The notes beneath the pieces were generated by a model that was not told the origin of the DNA, made no database searches, and worked only from the letters and a program-made list of their open reading frames with translations. Both the position numbers and the translations under genes were made by a program. A stretch of 64,000 nt of DNA from a virus (Duplodnaviria; Caudoviricetes): IMG/VR virus record IMGVR_UViG_3300042260_000337. The stretch is one strand, 5' to 3'. Of the stretch, positions 39,387 through 49,116 are shown piece by piece. Each line of letters opens with the position of its first letter. Within the stretch, counting starts at the first letter, position 1.

Positions 39387-40907
39387 ATGAAAGTAATGGG
39401 AATATCTGGTGCATTGAATCATGATGCGGCAGTCTCTATCGTAGAAGATAGTCAAATACTATATGCATCACACAGTGAGAGATATAGTAAAATCAAAAAC
39501 GATTGTAACCTGAATAGTGAAATTATACAGGATGCACTGTCACACGGCAAGCCAGATGTTATAGCTTGGTATGAAAACCCATATCTCAAAAAGACCAGAC
39601 AACTATGGGCTGGACAGTATGGTTATGCAACAGACATAAACGACATACCAAGACGATACATAAACCAGAATTTCCCACAGTTGAAAAACATTCCCATTGA
39701 GTATCAGTCTCATCATTACACACATGCCGCGAGTGGATATTTCACAAGCAAGTATTCCGATGCTTGCATCATCGTGCTAGACAGTATAGGCGAATGGGAA
39801 ACTTTCACCATATGGAATGGCAGCGGAACCACAATGGATAAGATATACAGTCAATCATATCCTCACTCTGTTGGGTTGTTCTATTCTGCAATGACACAAC
39901 GTCTTGGCCTAAAACCGCAGGAAGATGAATATATTCTGATGGGTATGGCGGCATATGGAGATGCATATCGTAAAGTAAATGGTGTTCCTCTTGTGTATCA
40001 GATATTCCGAGACTTTGGTATTCGGTTTCACCATGACAATAAAGTGGTTTTCTTCAAAGAGAACCTACATCGCGGATGCAAGTGGTGGATGCCAGAGTTG
40101 AATACTGAACAAGACCATTTTGATATTGCAGCGGCGACACAGCTTGTATATGAAATAATATTGCGACAGGTAGTAACCCACGCCAAGAAGTTATGCAGTA
40201 GCAAAAATCTGGTGTTGATGGGCGGATGTGCGTTGAACTGTTCAGCAAATTCGACTATCACCGAAGAATACGACAGTGTGTGGATAATGCCAAATCCAGG
40301 TGATGCTGGTTCGTGCATCGGTGCAACTCAAAAGTTTTTCAACCAGCGTATCAACTGGAGCACTCCGTATCTTGGATATGATATAAAAGGTGAATATCCT
40401 ATTGAGAATGTGCTTGATGATTTGCTAAAGGGAAATATATGCGGCATTGCATCGGGTCGTGCTGAATTTGGTCCAAGAGCATTAGGAAATAGAACGCTAA
40501 CTGCTGACCCACGTGGTGATGAAATCAAAGACAGAATGAACGAAATAAAGAAACGACAAAAGTTTCGTCCATTTGCTCCTATGATTTTAGAAGAAGATGC
40601 CAGCGACTATTTTGCATTGCCAACAAACATAGTTCAGTCTCCTTATATGCAGTATGTTGCAACATGTAAGTATCCAAAAGATTTTCCAGCTATCATACAC
40701 GCTGATGGAACATCTCGTGTTCAGACAGTCAATTCAACTCAGCATCCTCAGTTGTATGAGTTGCTGAAATCATTCAAGGACAAGACTGGATGCCCTATGT
40801 TGGTGAATACTTCTCTGAACATAAAGGGTATGCCAATCGTCAACGACGAAGAAGACGCCAAAAAATTTCAAGCGTATTATGGCATAAACGTCTTTACATC
40901 TGTGTAA
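39387..40907 (+). CDS. Carbamoyltransferase (NodU/CmcH family)
   Basis: 'HDAAVS', 'ERYSKIKND', 'HHYTHAASG', 'EYILMGMAAYG', 'GGCALNCSAN', 'EFGPRALGNR', 'RQKFRPFAP', 'DGTSRVQTV', 'LVNTSLN'. Confidence 0.95.
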   Translation: MKVMGISGALNHDAAVSIVEDSQILYASHSERYSKIKNDCNLNSEIIQDALSHGKPDVIAWYENPYLKKTRQLWAGQYGYATDINDIPRRYINQNFPQLKNIPIEYQSHHYTHAASGYFTSKYSDACIIVLDSIGEWETFTIWNGSGTTMDKIYSQSYPHSVGLFYSAMTQRLGLKPQEDEYILMGMAAYGDAYRKVNGVPLVYQIFRDFGIRFHHDNKVVFFKENLHRGCKWWMPELNTEQDHFDIAAATQLVYEIILRQVVTHAKKLCSSKNLVLMGGCALNCSANSTITEEYDSVWIMPNPGDAGSCIGATQKFFNQRINWSTPYLGYDIKGEYPIENVLDDLLKGNICGIASGRAEFGPRALGNRTLTADPRGDEIKDRMNEIKKRQKFRPFAPMILEEDASDYFALPTNIVQSPYMQYVATCKYPKDFPAIIHADGTSRVQTVNSTQHPQLYELLKSFKDKTGCPMLVNTSLNIKGMPIVNDEEDAKKFQAYYGINVFTSV

Positions 40908-40921
40908 ATTTTTGATATAAT
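40893..40921 (+). promoter_or_regulatory. Sigma70-type promoter TTTACA-17bp-TATAAT
   Basis: -35 at 40893-40898 and -10 at 40916-40921, followed by AGGAG RBS and ATG 40951. Confidence 0.7.
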
Positions 40922-40950
40922 ATTACAGATATTAGACTATAGGAGAAACT

Positions 40951-43392
40951 ATGGCGTTTGATGGATTTTTTCTCACCACTAAACAAGATGTGGATGCCAG
41001 ATCAAGATTTGAAAAAATAAAATCGCAGCTTCCAAATATAAAGATGCTTCATATTCCAAAGGATACGTGGGAAGACAATACCATGGTATCTGCGGTTGTT
41101 GAAGCAGTCCAAGAAGTCAACACTAGGTATTTTTGGGTTATAGACCCAGATGTTTTAGTTGATGACGAATTTGATTTTTCTTTTGAGCCTGATGAATGGA
41201 ATAAAGATGTTCTTCATTATTGGAACTGCGAAACTAGAAACGACACCAACCGAGTAGTTGGAATAAAACTGTATAAGACAAAAGATGTTTTTATTGGAGT
41301 TGACGAATATGTTAATAAGTCTTATTACTTAGATGTCCCTCATTTAAATCATACAACAACTCTTCCATCTTATTCACCAACAAAAGAAATATACGATGTT
41401 TTTCGTGTGAATAACATATATGACATTGAGCCATACGCAAATCAATCATACACTACTATGTTTTGGATGATTGATAACGCTGTGTCTCCATATATGAAAG
41501 ATATTGACACATTTGAGATTTCTCCATACGATCAGGGGCTTATTCATAATTTCTCTGTGAAATTACCAAATGGGTCGGTTGTTATAAATGGGATTCGACT
41601 GGTTCCAAAACGTTATGACTTGACTATGCAAAAGGACATGTATGACGTATTGGGCGATGTGGACAATGTAGAAATCGTATATGCCAGAACACCAGAAGAT
41701 GCAATTGAACTAGCTAATTCATACTCATTTTGGATGGTAAATCCAGATTTAGAATTGATAGAGCCATCTGTAATAGATGAGTTCTATCCAAACATTCATG
41801 ACCCCATATCCGCGCATGTGTATAAAATTCAATCCAAGTCAGGGAACGATTTTGGATACGGCGGTATAATGTTTTTGAATAAAAAATATAGTGCGGGTTC
41901 TATTAGTCATCTTGACCGTTTTGCAATGACAACTCCATCCGTATGCAGGGTTCCAATATATAATAGCAGGGACCACCATGATGTCTTCGTGAATAAGTCA
42001 AAAGATGATTACCTTTATTGGTATGTGGATTCAGCAATATCAACTCTTGACGAGTTCAAATACGATTTTTATCCTGATATATATAGCATGAATAATGTCT
42101 TCACTTTCAATGGTGGCGGCGGTGGGACAGGGGTTTATTTTGTAAATCGTAAGTTCTTGTCTCAGTTTGAATTGACAGAAGAAGATTTTCTTTATGACCG
42201 TTTTCAGAATCTAAAACATATTGACCAAGTGGTAAGCAAGTCTGCGTCACATCCAGTGTTTTATTTTGACGAAGGATTGTATCCAGAAAATACTAAAAAA
42301 ATCAAATCTATATCTGATATTCAGGTAATAGACTCAACTGATTTAGAAGCTGCATATGTGCAAGCTGCTACTCTTACGACCACAGGATATTTCTGGGCAA
42401 TTGATAATGATGTTGAACTGAAAGATTTCAATTTTCCAAGATCGTATTATGTTGACCGAGCAAACAAATCACACTATGTTGTGTGGCCCAAAGAGAACCC
42501 ATACACGGGTCTTGTTTACCAATATGGCGGCGTAAAGTTGTGTCCATCTGAAGCAACCCTGCATCTAAAACCAGATGCCGACAAAATTCGTAGAACCAAC
42601 TTTGCCAATAAAATTCACGTCAAAACGCCAACGGCAAGGTCGCGTGATATACCATATGATACCATATTTCTAAGTTACAATGAACCATTTGCCGATGAGA
42701 ACTACGAAAAACTATTGAAAAGAGTTCCAAATGCAAAACGTGTTCATGGCGTTAAGGGTATCTTTAATGCACACAAGAAGGCAGCGGAACTGGCAGAAAC
42801 AAAAATGTTTTATGTAGTGGACGCTGATGCCATTCTACTTGACGAGTTTGAATTTGAATACTTTCCTAACTATTGGGATGAAGACACCGTTCACACTTGG
42901 CGTTCAAAGAACCCAGTGAATGGATTGGTATATGGATATGGAGGTCTGAAACTATTTCCTACTAAACTATTGAGAAATGCAACCGATTGGAAAATTGACT
43001 TCACCACATCGGTGACCGATAAATTCAAACCCATGCAAGTGGTTGCAAACTACACTGCATTTAATACCGACCCATTCAACACTTGGAAATCCGCATTTCG
43101 TGAATGCACTAAACTAGCAGCAAACATCATTCAACGTGGTGACTCTACAGTAAACAATGAAAGACTTACTACATGGTGTGAAGTTGGTGCAGACAAACCT
43201 TTTGGCGAATACGCCATTGCGGGTGCCAAAATGGGAAAGGCACATGGAACTAAATATTCAACAAATGAAGTTGAAATTTCTAAGATAAACGATTTTGAAT
43301 GGCTAAAAGCCAAATTTGAGGAAACATACAATGACAACAGCAACAAGAGAACGCAGAGCAAGAAGAAACTCCAAAATAAAAAAGCACGATGA
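40951..43392 (+). CDS. 813-aa protein of tandem GT-A-like repeats with a C-terminal glycosyltransferase-like domain
   Basis: Five related motifs: YFWVIDPD, SFWMVNPD, LYWYVDSA, YFWAIDND, MFYVVDAD. The last domain matches 18446-19426 ('FLSYNEP', 'GVKGIFNAHK'). Confidence 0.6.
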   Translation: MAFDGFFLTTKQDVDARSRFEKIKSQLPNIKMLHIPKDTWEDNTMVSAVVEAVQEVNTRYFWVIDPDVLVDDEFDFSFEPDEWNKDVLHYWNCETRNDTNRVVGIKLYKTKDVFIGVDEYVNKSYYLDVPHLNHTTTLPSYSPTKEIYDVFRVNNIYDIEPYANQSYTTMFWMIDNAVSPYMKDIDTFEISPYDQGLIHNFSVKLPNGSVVINGIRLVPKRYDLTMQKDMYDVLGDVDNVEIVYARTPEDAIELANSYSFWMVNPDLELIEPSVIDEFYPNIHDPISAHVYKIQSKSGNDFGYGGIMFLNKKYSAGSISHLDRFAMTTPSVCRVPIYNSRDHHDVFVNKSKDDYLYWYVDSAISTLDEFKYDFYPDIYSMNNVFTFNGGGGGTGVYFVNRKFLSQFELTEEDFLYDRFQNLKHIDQVVSKSASHPVFYFDEGLYPENTKKIKSISDIQVIDSTDLEAAYVQAATLTTTGYFWAIDNDVELKDFNFPRSYYVDRANKSHYVVWPKENPYTGLVYQYGGVKLCPSEATLHLKPDADKIRRTNFANKIHVKTPTARSRDIPYDTIFLSYNEPFADENYEKLLKRVPNAKRVHGVKGIFNAHKKAAELAETKMFYVVDADAILLDEFEFEYFPNYWDEDTVHTWRSKNPVNGLVYGYGGLKLFPTKLLRNATDWKIDFTTSVTDKFKPMQVVANYTAFNTDPFNTWKSAFRECTKLAANIIQRGDSTVNNERLTTWCEVGADKPFGEYAIAGAKMGKAHGTKYSTNEVEISKINDFEWLKAKFEETYNDNSNKRTQSKKKLQNKKAR

Positions 43393-44278
43393 GTTATACG
43401 ATACTCTAGGCGTTGACCCTTCTCTTACTGTGGACCAGAATGTCGTTATGGACGTTGGAGTGGAAATTGAAGAGATAATTTCCAACGAGAGCCGTAACCG
43501 AAGAAAGAAGCGCCCGCTGGCGATGGTCGACTACGACTATCAAGCGATGGCGATTGAATATTCAATGGAAAATGTTCCACAGCAACTTGGAAACTACCGT
43601 AATTCCATGGACTTTTTGGCTCATATTAACTTGATTGGCAACGACAAAATTGTTGATAGGTTGAAGTCTGTGATATATAATTTCCCAAATATAGACATGA
43701 GTAGCTTTCTTAATAAAGAGAACGCAAAACTTTATTCTTGGATTTGTCAGCATCTAAGTTATACACTGGGGGAAAAGTATATCGGGTCGGTCTATGTTCT
43801 TGGTGGTGGCATGGGTCTGCTAGGAGCAATGTTACTAGATACAAAACTGCGTTTCGAGAACATCCGTAGTTTTGATATCAACGGCGCTGGCCAATTTTTG
43901 GCAGACGAGATGATGGCGGCAGAACTTCTAATGGATTGGCGGTTCAAGGCAACTACAAAAGACCTATTTGATATTGACTACGCTCGTAATCTATTCTCGT
44001 GCCGCCTACAAAATGGTTCTTTGAGTGACCCATTCAAAGAAATACCAGGAACCGTTATTAACACGAACATGAGTTACTTGAAGAACAACAAAGACTGGTA
44101 TGAAATGATTCCAGATTTGCGCCGTGTGGTTATTGTTGGGGAAACTGGTGATGATGTTCCATATCCATTCCCAAGTTCACAGGCGTTTAACAAGAAGTTT
44201 CCGATGAGCTATGAACTCTATACTGGTGTTCTCAATGTAGGCAAAAAACAGTTCTTTATGAAAATAGGACACAGATGA
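43331..44278 (+). CDS. Class I SAM-dependent methyltransferase-like (Rossmann) protein
   Basis: 'VYVLGGGMGLLG', 'IRSFDIN', 'VINTNM'. GAGG lies upstream of ATG 43331; the basic N-terminus overlaps the upstream gene by 62 nt. Confidence 0.55.
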   Translation: MTTATRERRARRNSKIKKHDELYDTLGVDPSLTVDQNVVMDVGVEIEEIISNESRNRRKKRPLAMVDYDYQAMAIEYSMENVPQQLGNYRNSMDFLAHINLIGNDKIVDRLKSVIYNFPNIDMSSFLNKENAKLYSWICQHLSYTLGEKYIGSVYVLGGGMGLLGAMLLDTKLRFENIRSFDINGAGQFLADEMMAAELLMDWRFKATTKDLFDIDYARNLFSCRLQNGSLSDPFKEIPGTVINTNMSYLKNNKDWYEMIPDLRRVVIVGETGDDVPYPFPSSQAFNKKFPMSYELYTGVLNVGKKQFFMKIGHR

Positions 44279-45363
44279 TATATCGCTACGAAGATGTTAG
44301 GGTTGTCCATTTAGAACTTACTGAACGGTGCCAAGCATCTTGCCCAATGTGTGATAGAAATATGAGGGGCGGCAAGTTAAATCCTAACTTGTCGCTCAAC
44401 GAACTATCATTGTCAGACATCAAAAATATGTTTTTGCCAGATTTTGTAAAGCAACTGCAACGTCTGTATATGTGTGGTAACTTTGGTGATCCAATTGTTG
44501 CAGATGATACATTAGAAATTTTTGAATATTTTCGTAGTCAAAACCAAAATGTGACGCTTGGGATGAATACAAACGCTGGTGCAAAGAAACCAGAATGGTG
44601 GAGAGAACTAGCTAAGGTGTTGGGTCCAAACTCATACGTGAATTTTTCATTTGATGGATTGAAAGACACCAACCACCTTTATCGTCAAGGCGTCAACTGG
44701 GATATCGCAATCACAAATGCAGAGGCGTTCATAGAGGCTGGCGGAAAGGCACATTGGGATTTCCTCATATTTGAACATAATGAACACCAAGTGGAGCAAG
44801 CTCGTGAACTAAGTCAGCGTATGGGATTTCATAAGTTCACACCAAAAAAAACTGCACGTTTTTATTCGACTGCCCGCGCTGATGGCAAAGAAGAGCACCA
44901 AGCGGTAAACCGTAAAGGCGAAGAACAACAGCTATTGCAAAAGCCAAAAGAAGTCAAGTATCAAAACAAAGAGATTTCCCGCATCAACGAGTTAAAAGAA
45001 AAATACGGCTCGTTGGAATCATATTTCGATAATGTTCAAATCAAGTGTAAAGTGGCAGAAGAAAAAAACCTTTTTGTGTCGGCTGAAGGATTGGTTCTTC
45101 CTTGCTGTTGGGTTGCTGGTAACATGTATAAGTGGTGGCAAGTTCCTGGCGAAAACCAAGTATGGGAACTCATTCAGCAGTCTGGCGGCAAGGATAAATT
45201 TGACGCAAAAGTTCATGGCATAGCTGGTGTTCTCAACAATGAATACTTTTCACATCGGTTAGTTGACAGTTGGGGCAAACCAAATATACACTCTGGAAAA
45301 TCTAAAGTATGTTCTGAAAAATGCGGAATAGAGTTCGATCCATTTAGTGCGCAGTTCAAATGA
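44275..45363 (+). CDS. Radical SAM protein 6 with C-terminal twitch-type Cys domain
   Basis: 'CQASCPMC', 'MCGNFGDP'; C-terminal 'CKV...VSAEGLVLPCCW...CSEKC'. Confidence 0.9.
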   Translation: MIYRYEDVRVVHLELTERCQASCPMCDRNMRGGKLNPNLSLNELSLSDIKNMFLPDFVKQLQRLYMCGNFGDPIVADDTLEIFEYFRSQNQNVTLGMNTNAGAKKPEWWRELAKVLGPNSYVNFSFDGLKDTNHLYRQGVNWDIAITNAEAFIEAGGKAHWDFLIFEHNEHQVEQARELSQRMGFHKFTPKKTARFYSTARADGKEEHQAVNRKGEEQQLLQKPKEVKYQNKEISRINELKEKYGSLESYFDNVQIKCKVAEEKNLFVSAEGLVLPCCWVAGNMYKWWQVPGENQVWELIQQSGGKDKFDAKVHGIAGVLNNEYFSHRLVDSWGKPNIHSGKSKVCSEKCGIEFDPFSAQFK

Positions 45364-45908
45364 AATTTGTGAACCTACAAGAGAAATTCAGCACCTTCAA
45401 ATACTATCAGTTTGATAGTCTTTTGCCGTTGAATATAGTTCAACAAGCGGCAGAAGAAAGCAAGAGGTTCACTCCATTCCTTGTAGAAAAGACAAGGACT
45501 AGCAACACGCAACGAATATGGATGAACCAATTATGGATGACTGTGTTCAGTGAAATTGCTGAACAATTCGATTCCGATGAAGCAAAAGAAATGTTTAGCG
45601 ATATAACGGGAACTGACTATAGAAAGATGAGAACTCGTCCCGAACTGTGTATTGACAAACAAGGGTCATGGCTTGAACCCCATGTGGATGACCCCGCAAA
45701 AGAACTTACGCTTCAACTATATCTGAGTGGACATGGGCGAAGCACTACCATAGGAACCACTTCGACTGAAATAAGTATAGGTAGCGGATGGTTCTTTGTA
45801 AACACTGCAACCGAGTGGCATCGTCTTCCGCCATTGGAAAACGATAGGACTAGTATCATTATTAATTATGTCAATGAAAAGTGGAATGATAAAACTGTGC
45901 TTGTATGA
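45360..45908 (+). CDS. 2OG-Fe(II) oxygenase-like protein
   Basis: HxD 'EPHVD', distal His 'EWH', 'RTSIIINY'. Confidence 0.75.
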   Translation: MKFVNLQEKFSTFKYYQFDSLLPLNIVQQAAEESKRFTPFLVEKTRTSNTQRIWMNQLWMTVFSEIAEQFDSDEAKEMFSDITGTDYRKMRTRPELCIDKQGSWLEPHVDDPAKELTLQLYLSGHGRSTTIGTTSTEISIGSGWFFVNTATEWHRLPPLENDRTSIIINYVNEKWNDKTVLV

Positions 45909-46864
45909 TTGATCGTATATTCTTTGAACATTCAAATCTGTATATTGACTGGCAACTGAGTGACATTTGTAATTACAAATGTCACTATTGTAATTTTGAG
46001 AGTAAAGGGGGAATGAACCCTTGGCCAGAATTAGAAGCCGCTAAACAGTTAGTAGATGAAATAGTTCGTAATAGCAACCATGGGTATAGAACGTATAACC
46101 TTCTTGGTGGAGAGCCAACACTATGGAAATACTACGGTGAACTTTGCCAATATATAAAGTCAGTTGATGACAATTGTGTCATACAGACATTGACCAACGG
46201 TTCAAGAACTCTACGATGGTGGCAGAAGTTTGCTCCGTATATGGACAAGGTTGTTATAAGCCATCACAGTGCATCGTCGTCGGCTGAACATACATCGGAT
46301 GTAACAAAGATATGCTCATCGCATTGCAGTGTGAGTGTTCAAGTATTGATGGATGCTACTAACTTTGACGAGTGTGTTGAGCACTTTGATTATCTTATCA
46401 CAAATAATATAGGTTCAAGGATAGTAGCAAAGAAGGCTGAAACTACGCTAGGAAGCGGTAAATGGATGGAATACACTCCATCTCAACAGGAATGGCTTAT
46501 TCATAGCTTTCAAAGAACAAGAGATAATGAGTATCAACCCAGTCCATATATCAGAACTAAGTCGGTCATTGACCGAAAGGTAATGGCGGGAAATGGAGAA
46601 AAACGCTGGTTATCCAGTAATAAAGAGATTATACTAAATGGCTGGAACCATTTCAAAGGTTGGCGTTGTAATATTGGAATTGATATGCTTTCAATTCGTC
46701 CTAACGGAGATATAAAACCGAGTAGTGCTTGTTTCAATGAGGTAATACTTGGTAATTATAAGAATGATGATTTTGTTCTAATTCTTCCGTTAGCAGGGTA
46801 TGAGTGTAAATATGATAGTTGTTTTTGTGGGGCGGATATAGAAATTGAAAAATACAAACAGTGA
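45905..46864 (+). CDS. Radical SAM protein 7 with C-terminal SPASM/twitch domain
   Basis: 'CNYKCHYC', 'LGGEPT'; C-terminal 'GWRCNIG...AC...CKYDSCFC'. Confidence 0.9.
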   Translation: MIDRIFFEHSNLYIDWQLSDICNYKCHYCNFESKGGMNPWPELEAAKQLVDEIVRNSNHGYRTYNLLGGEPTLWKYYGELCQYIKSVDDNCVIQTLTNGSRTLRWWQKFAPYMDKVVISHHSASSSAEHTSDVTKICSSHCSVSVQVLMDATNFDECVEHFDYLITNNIGSRIVAKKAETTLGSGKWMEYTPSQQEWLIHSFQRTRDNEYQPSPYIRTKSVIDRKVMAGNGEKRWLSSNKEIILNGWNHFKGWRCNIGIDMLSIRPNGDIKPSSACFNEVILGNYKNDDFVLILPLAGYECKYDSCFCGADIEIEKYKQ

Positions 46865-48017
46865 TACTTTCTGTGCATTACCTTGGATGCACATTGCAAC
46901 CAGCCCCGGCGGAACCTTTCGTGTGTGCTGTAATAGCGACAACAAGAATAATAAAATATTGAAAGAGGATGGAACTCCATTCAAGATATACAAAGATTCG
47001 ATTGCAGATGCAAAGAACTCTCCTACCTATAAACTGATAAAAGAACAGATGTTGAATGGCGTTCAACCACCAACATGCAAAAGGTGCTTCAAGCAAGAAG
47101 AAGCTGGATTTGAAAGTAGTCGCCAAGTTTATAACCACGTTTGGGCAAATCGGGTAAAACTGAATGAAGATACGGAGACATTGTATCTTGACTTGCGATT
47201 GGGAAATCAATGCAATTTGAAATGCAGAATGTGTAACCCATATTCAAGTAACCAGTGGGTGAATGAGTGGGAACAATTGTATGGTAAGTTTTCTGAGAAT
47301 GAAAGAACTTGGCTAACTGACATGGGATGGCAGAAATCAGATAGAATAAACAAAAATCTATTTGAACTTGCACATACTGTTGAAGAAATATATCTAACGG
47401 GCGGCGAACCCACGCTTATCAAAGAGCAAGACTTATTACTTGATTACTGTATTGAAAATGATTTAGCCAAAAATATAAATCTCAAATACAATACAAATCT
47501 CACACATGTTCCAAAAACTCTAATTGACAAATGGGTAAAGTTTAAAGGAGTGTTGTTGAATTGTAGTATTGATGCGTATGGCGATTTGAATACGTATATA
47601 CGTAATCCTATCAAATGGTCAAAGATTGCCAGAAACTTTGAAAAGGTAAAAAGAATACCAAATGTCAAGTTGGATGTATGTATCACTGTTCAAATATACA
47701 ATATTCTTTACATGAATGATTTGCTTGATTGGGTAATAAATCAAGACCTTCCAAACACCATGATATTTTTCAACATTCTAGAAGAACCTGACCAATTGAA
47801 TATAAAATCTTTACCACTAGAGTTAAAAAAAATGGCAGCATCAAGATTGAAGCCATACTTTCATTTGCCAAAGCTATCGGGTGTTATTGACTATATGATG
47901 ATTGAGCAGCGCAACGATTGGAGTAAGTTTATTGAGTTCACAAAGACAGTTGACGCAATGCGAAATGAAAGTATAGTTTCTGTTGTCCCAGAGTTCAAGG
48001 AATACTTCAGTGATTGA
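46845..48017 (+). CDS. Radical SAM protein 8 with N-terminal twitch-type domain
   Basis: N-terminal 'FCALPW...VCC...CKRC'; 'CNLKCRMC', 'LTGGEPT'. Confidence 0.9.
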   Translation: MKNTNSDTFCALPWMHIATSPGGTFRVCCNSDNKNNKILKEDGTPFKIYKDSIADAKNSPTYKLIKEQMLNGVQPPTCKRCFKQEEAGFESSRQVYNHVWANRVKLNEDTETLYLDLRLGNQCNLKCRMCNPYSSNQWVNEWEQLYGKFSENERTWLTDMGWQKSDRINKNLFELAHTVEEIYLTGGEPTLIKEQDLLLDYCIENDLAKNINLKYNTNLTHVPKTLIDKWVKFKGVLLNCSIDAYGDLNTYIRNPIKWSKIARNFEKVKRIPNVKLDVCITVQIYNILYMNDLLDWVINQDLPNTMIFFNILEEPDQLNIKSLPLELKKMAASRLKPYFHLPKLSGVIDYMMIEQRNDWSKFIEFTKTVDAMRNESIVSVVPEFKEYFSD

Positions 48018-49116
48018 TTGCTTTGCTACCCGAAATAGCTTTCAAGTGGACGCCCAAGGCAAAGTGTCTCCTTGTTGCAAGTTCAAGGGTAATTATTCGC
48101 ATATTGATGAATACCAAACTGTTGGGGATATTTTTTCTGACCCTCGCCTTTCCGCATTGCGAGAAAATCATCGGCAGGATATTTGGACAAAATCTTGTGT
48201 CAGATGCGAGCAAGATGAGGCGTCACAGAAGCAAAGTCGTAAGCAGATGTATGAAGTCATTGGACTTAGCAACGACGATTTTTTTGTTGATGTGAGCCTT
48301 GGAAACTACTGCAACTTGAAGTGCAGAATGTGTAGCCCAGAAAATAGTTCTCAATGGGTATCAGATTACAACGCACTGATTGCCGAAGGTTTAGTATCGG
48401 CAGTAAAATATACGAACTATCTTATGAGTGAGCATACAATAGAAATGATTGCATCTTTCATTGACACTGTGAAAGGTAGAATTGTCATAGAAGTAAAAGG
48501 TGGTGAGCCTCTATTGATGCCAAACAGCCAATCATTTTTTGTGCGATTGAGTGAGTGTGTTAATTCAAAAAACATAGAGATATGGATTGCAAGTAACGGG
48601 ACAAAAATACCAGATTGGTTTTCTGACTGTATTAACCGATTCAAAAAAGTTGAATTGAGTATAAGCGTCGATGGCAGCGGAAAGGTTTATAATTATATTC
48701 GCGGGTCAAAACATTCGTATGAGGATATACTATTAAATTCAGCTAATCTTTCTAATATAGAAAACGTTGTTCTTCGTTTTAATGTTGTTGTTCAAAATTT
48801 AAATATAAAAAACGTTGCTGACTTGTATGATGATTTATTTTCGATAGTAAAATCCCATAATAGAATAACTCTCATTGTATTACGATTTCCTGAGTATTAT
48901 CAATCAAACATATATCCAGACAGAGAGAAGCAGCCCATATATATCAGTTGGGCTGGTAGAACAATAAAATACAATCCGAGCTATAATGCGATGGCAAACG
49001 TATTTCTTATGCCAAACGATGAGGTTCAATGGAAAGCCTTTCAAAAAATAACAGAGGTTCTTGATAGTCGCAGACATCAAGACATTTCGGAGATAGACAA
49101 ATGTTTGAAGATATAA
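48010..49116 (+). CDS. Radical SAM protein 9 with N-terminal twitch-type domain
   Basis: N-terminal 'C...PCC...CVRC'; 'CNLKCRMC', 'KGGEPL'. GTG 48010 is preferred over 47983 because it couples to the upstream stop. Confidence 0.88.
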   Translation: MIDCFATRNSFQVDAQGKVSPCCKFKGNYSHIDEYQTVGDIFSDPRLSALRENHRQDIWTKSCVRCEQDEASQKQSRKQMYEVIGLSNDDFFVDVSLGNYCNLKCRMCSPENSSQWVSDYNALIAEGLVSAVKYTNYLMSEHTIEMIASFIDTVKGRIVIEVKGGEPLLMPNSQSFFVRLSECVNSKNIEIWIASNGTKIPDWFSDCINRFKKVELSISVDGSGKVYNYIRGSKHSYEDILLNSANLSNIENVVLRFNVVVQNLNIKNVADLYDDLFSIVKSHNRITLIVLRFPEYYQSNIYPDREKQPIYISWAGRTIKYNPSYNAMANVFLMPNDEVQWKAFQKITEVLDSRRHQDISEIDKCLKI

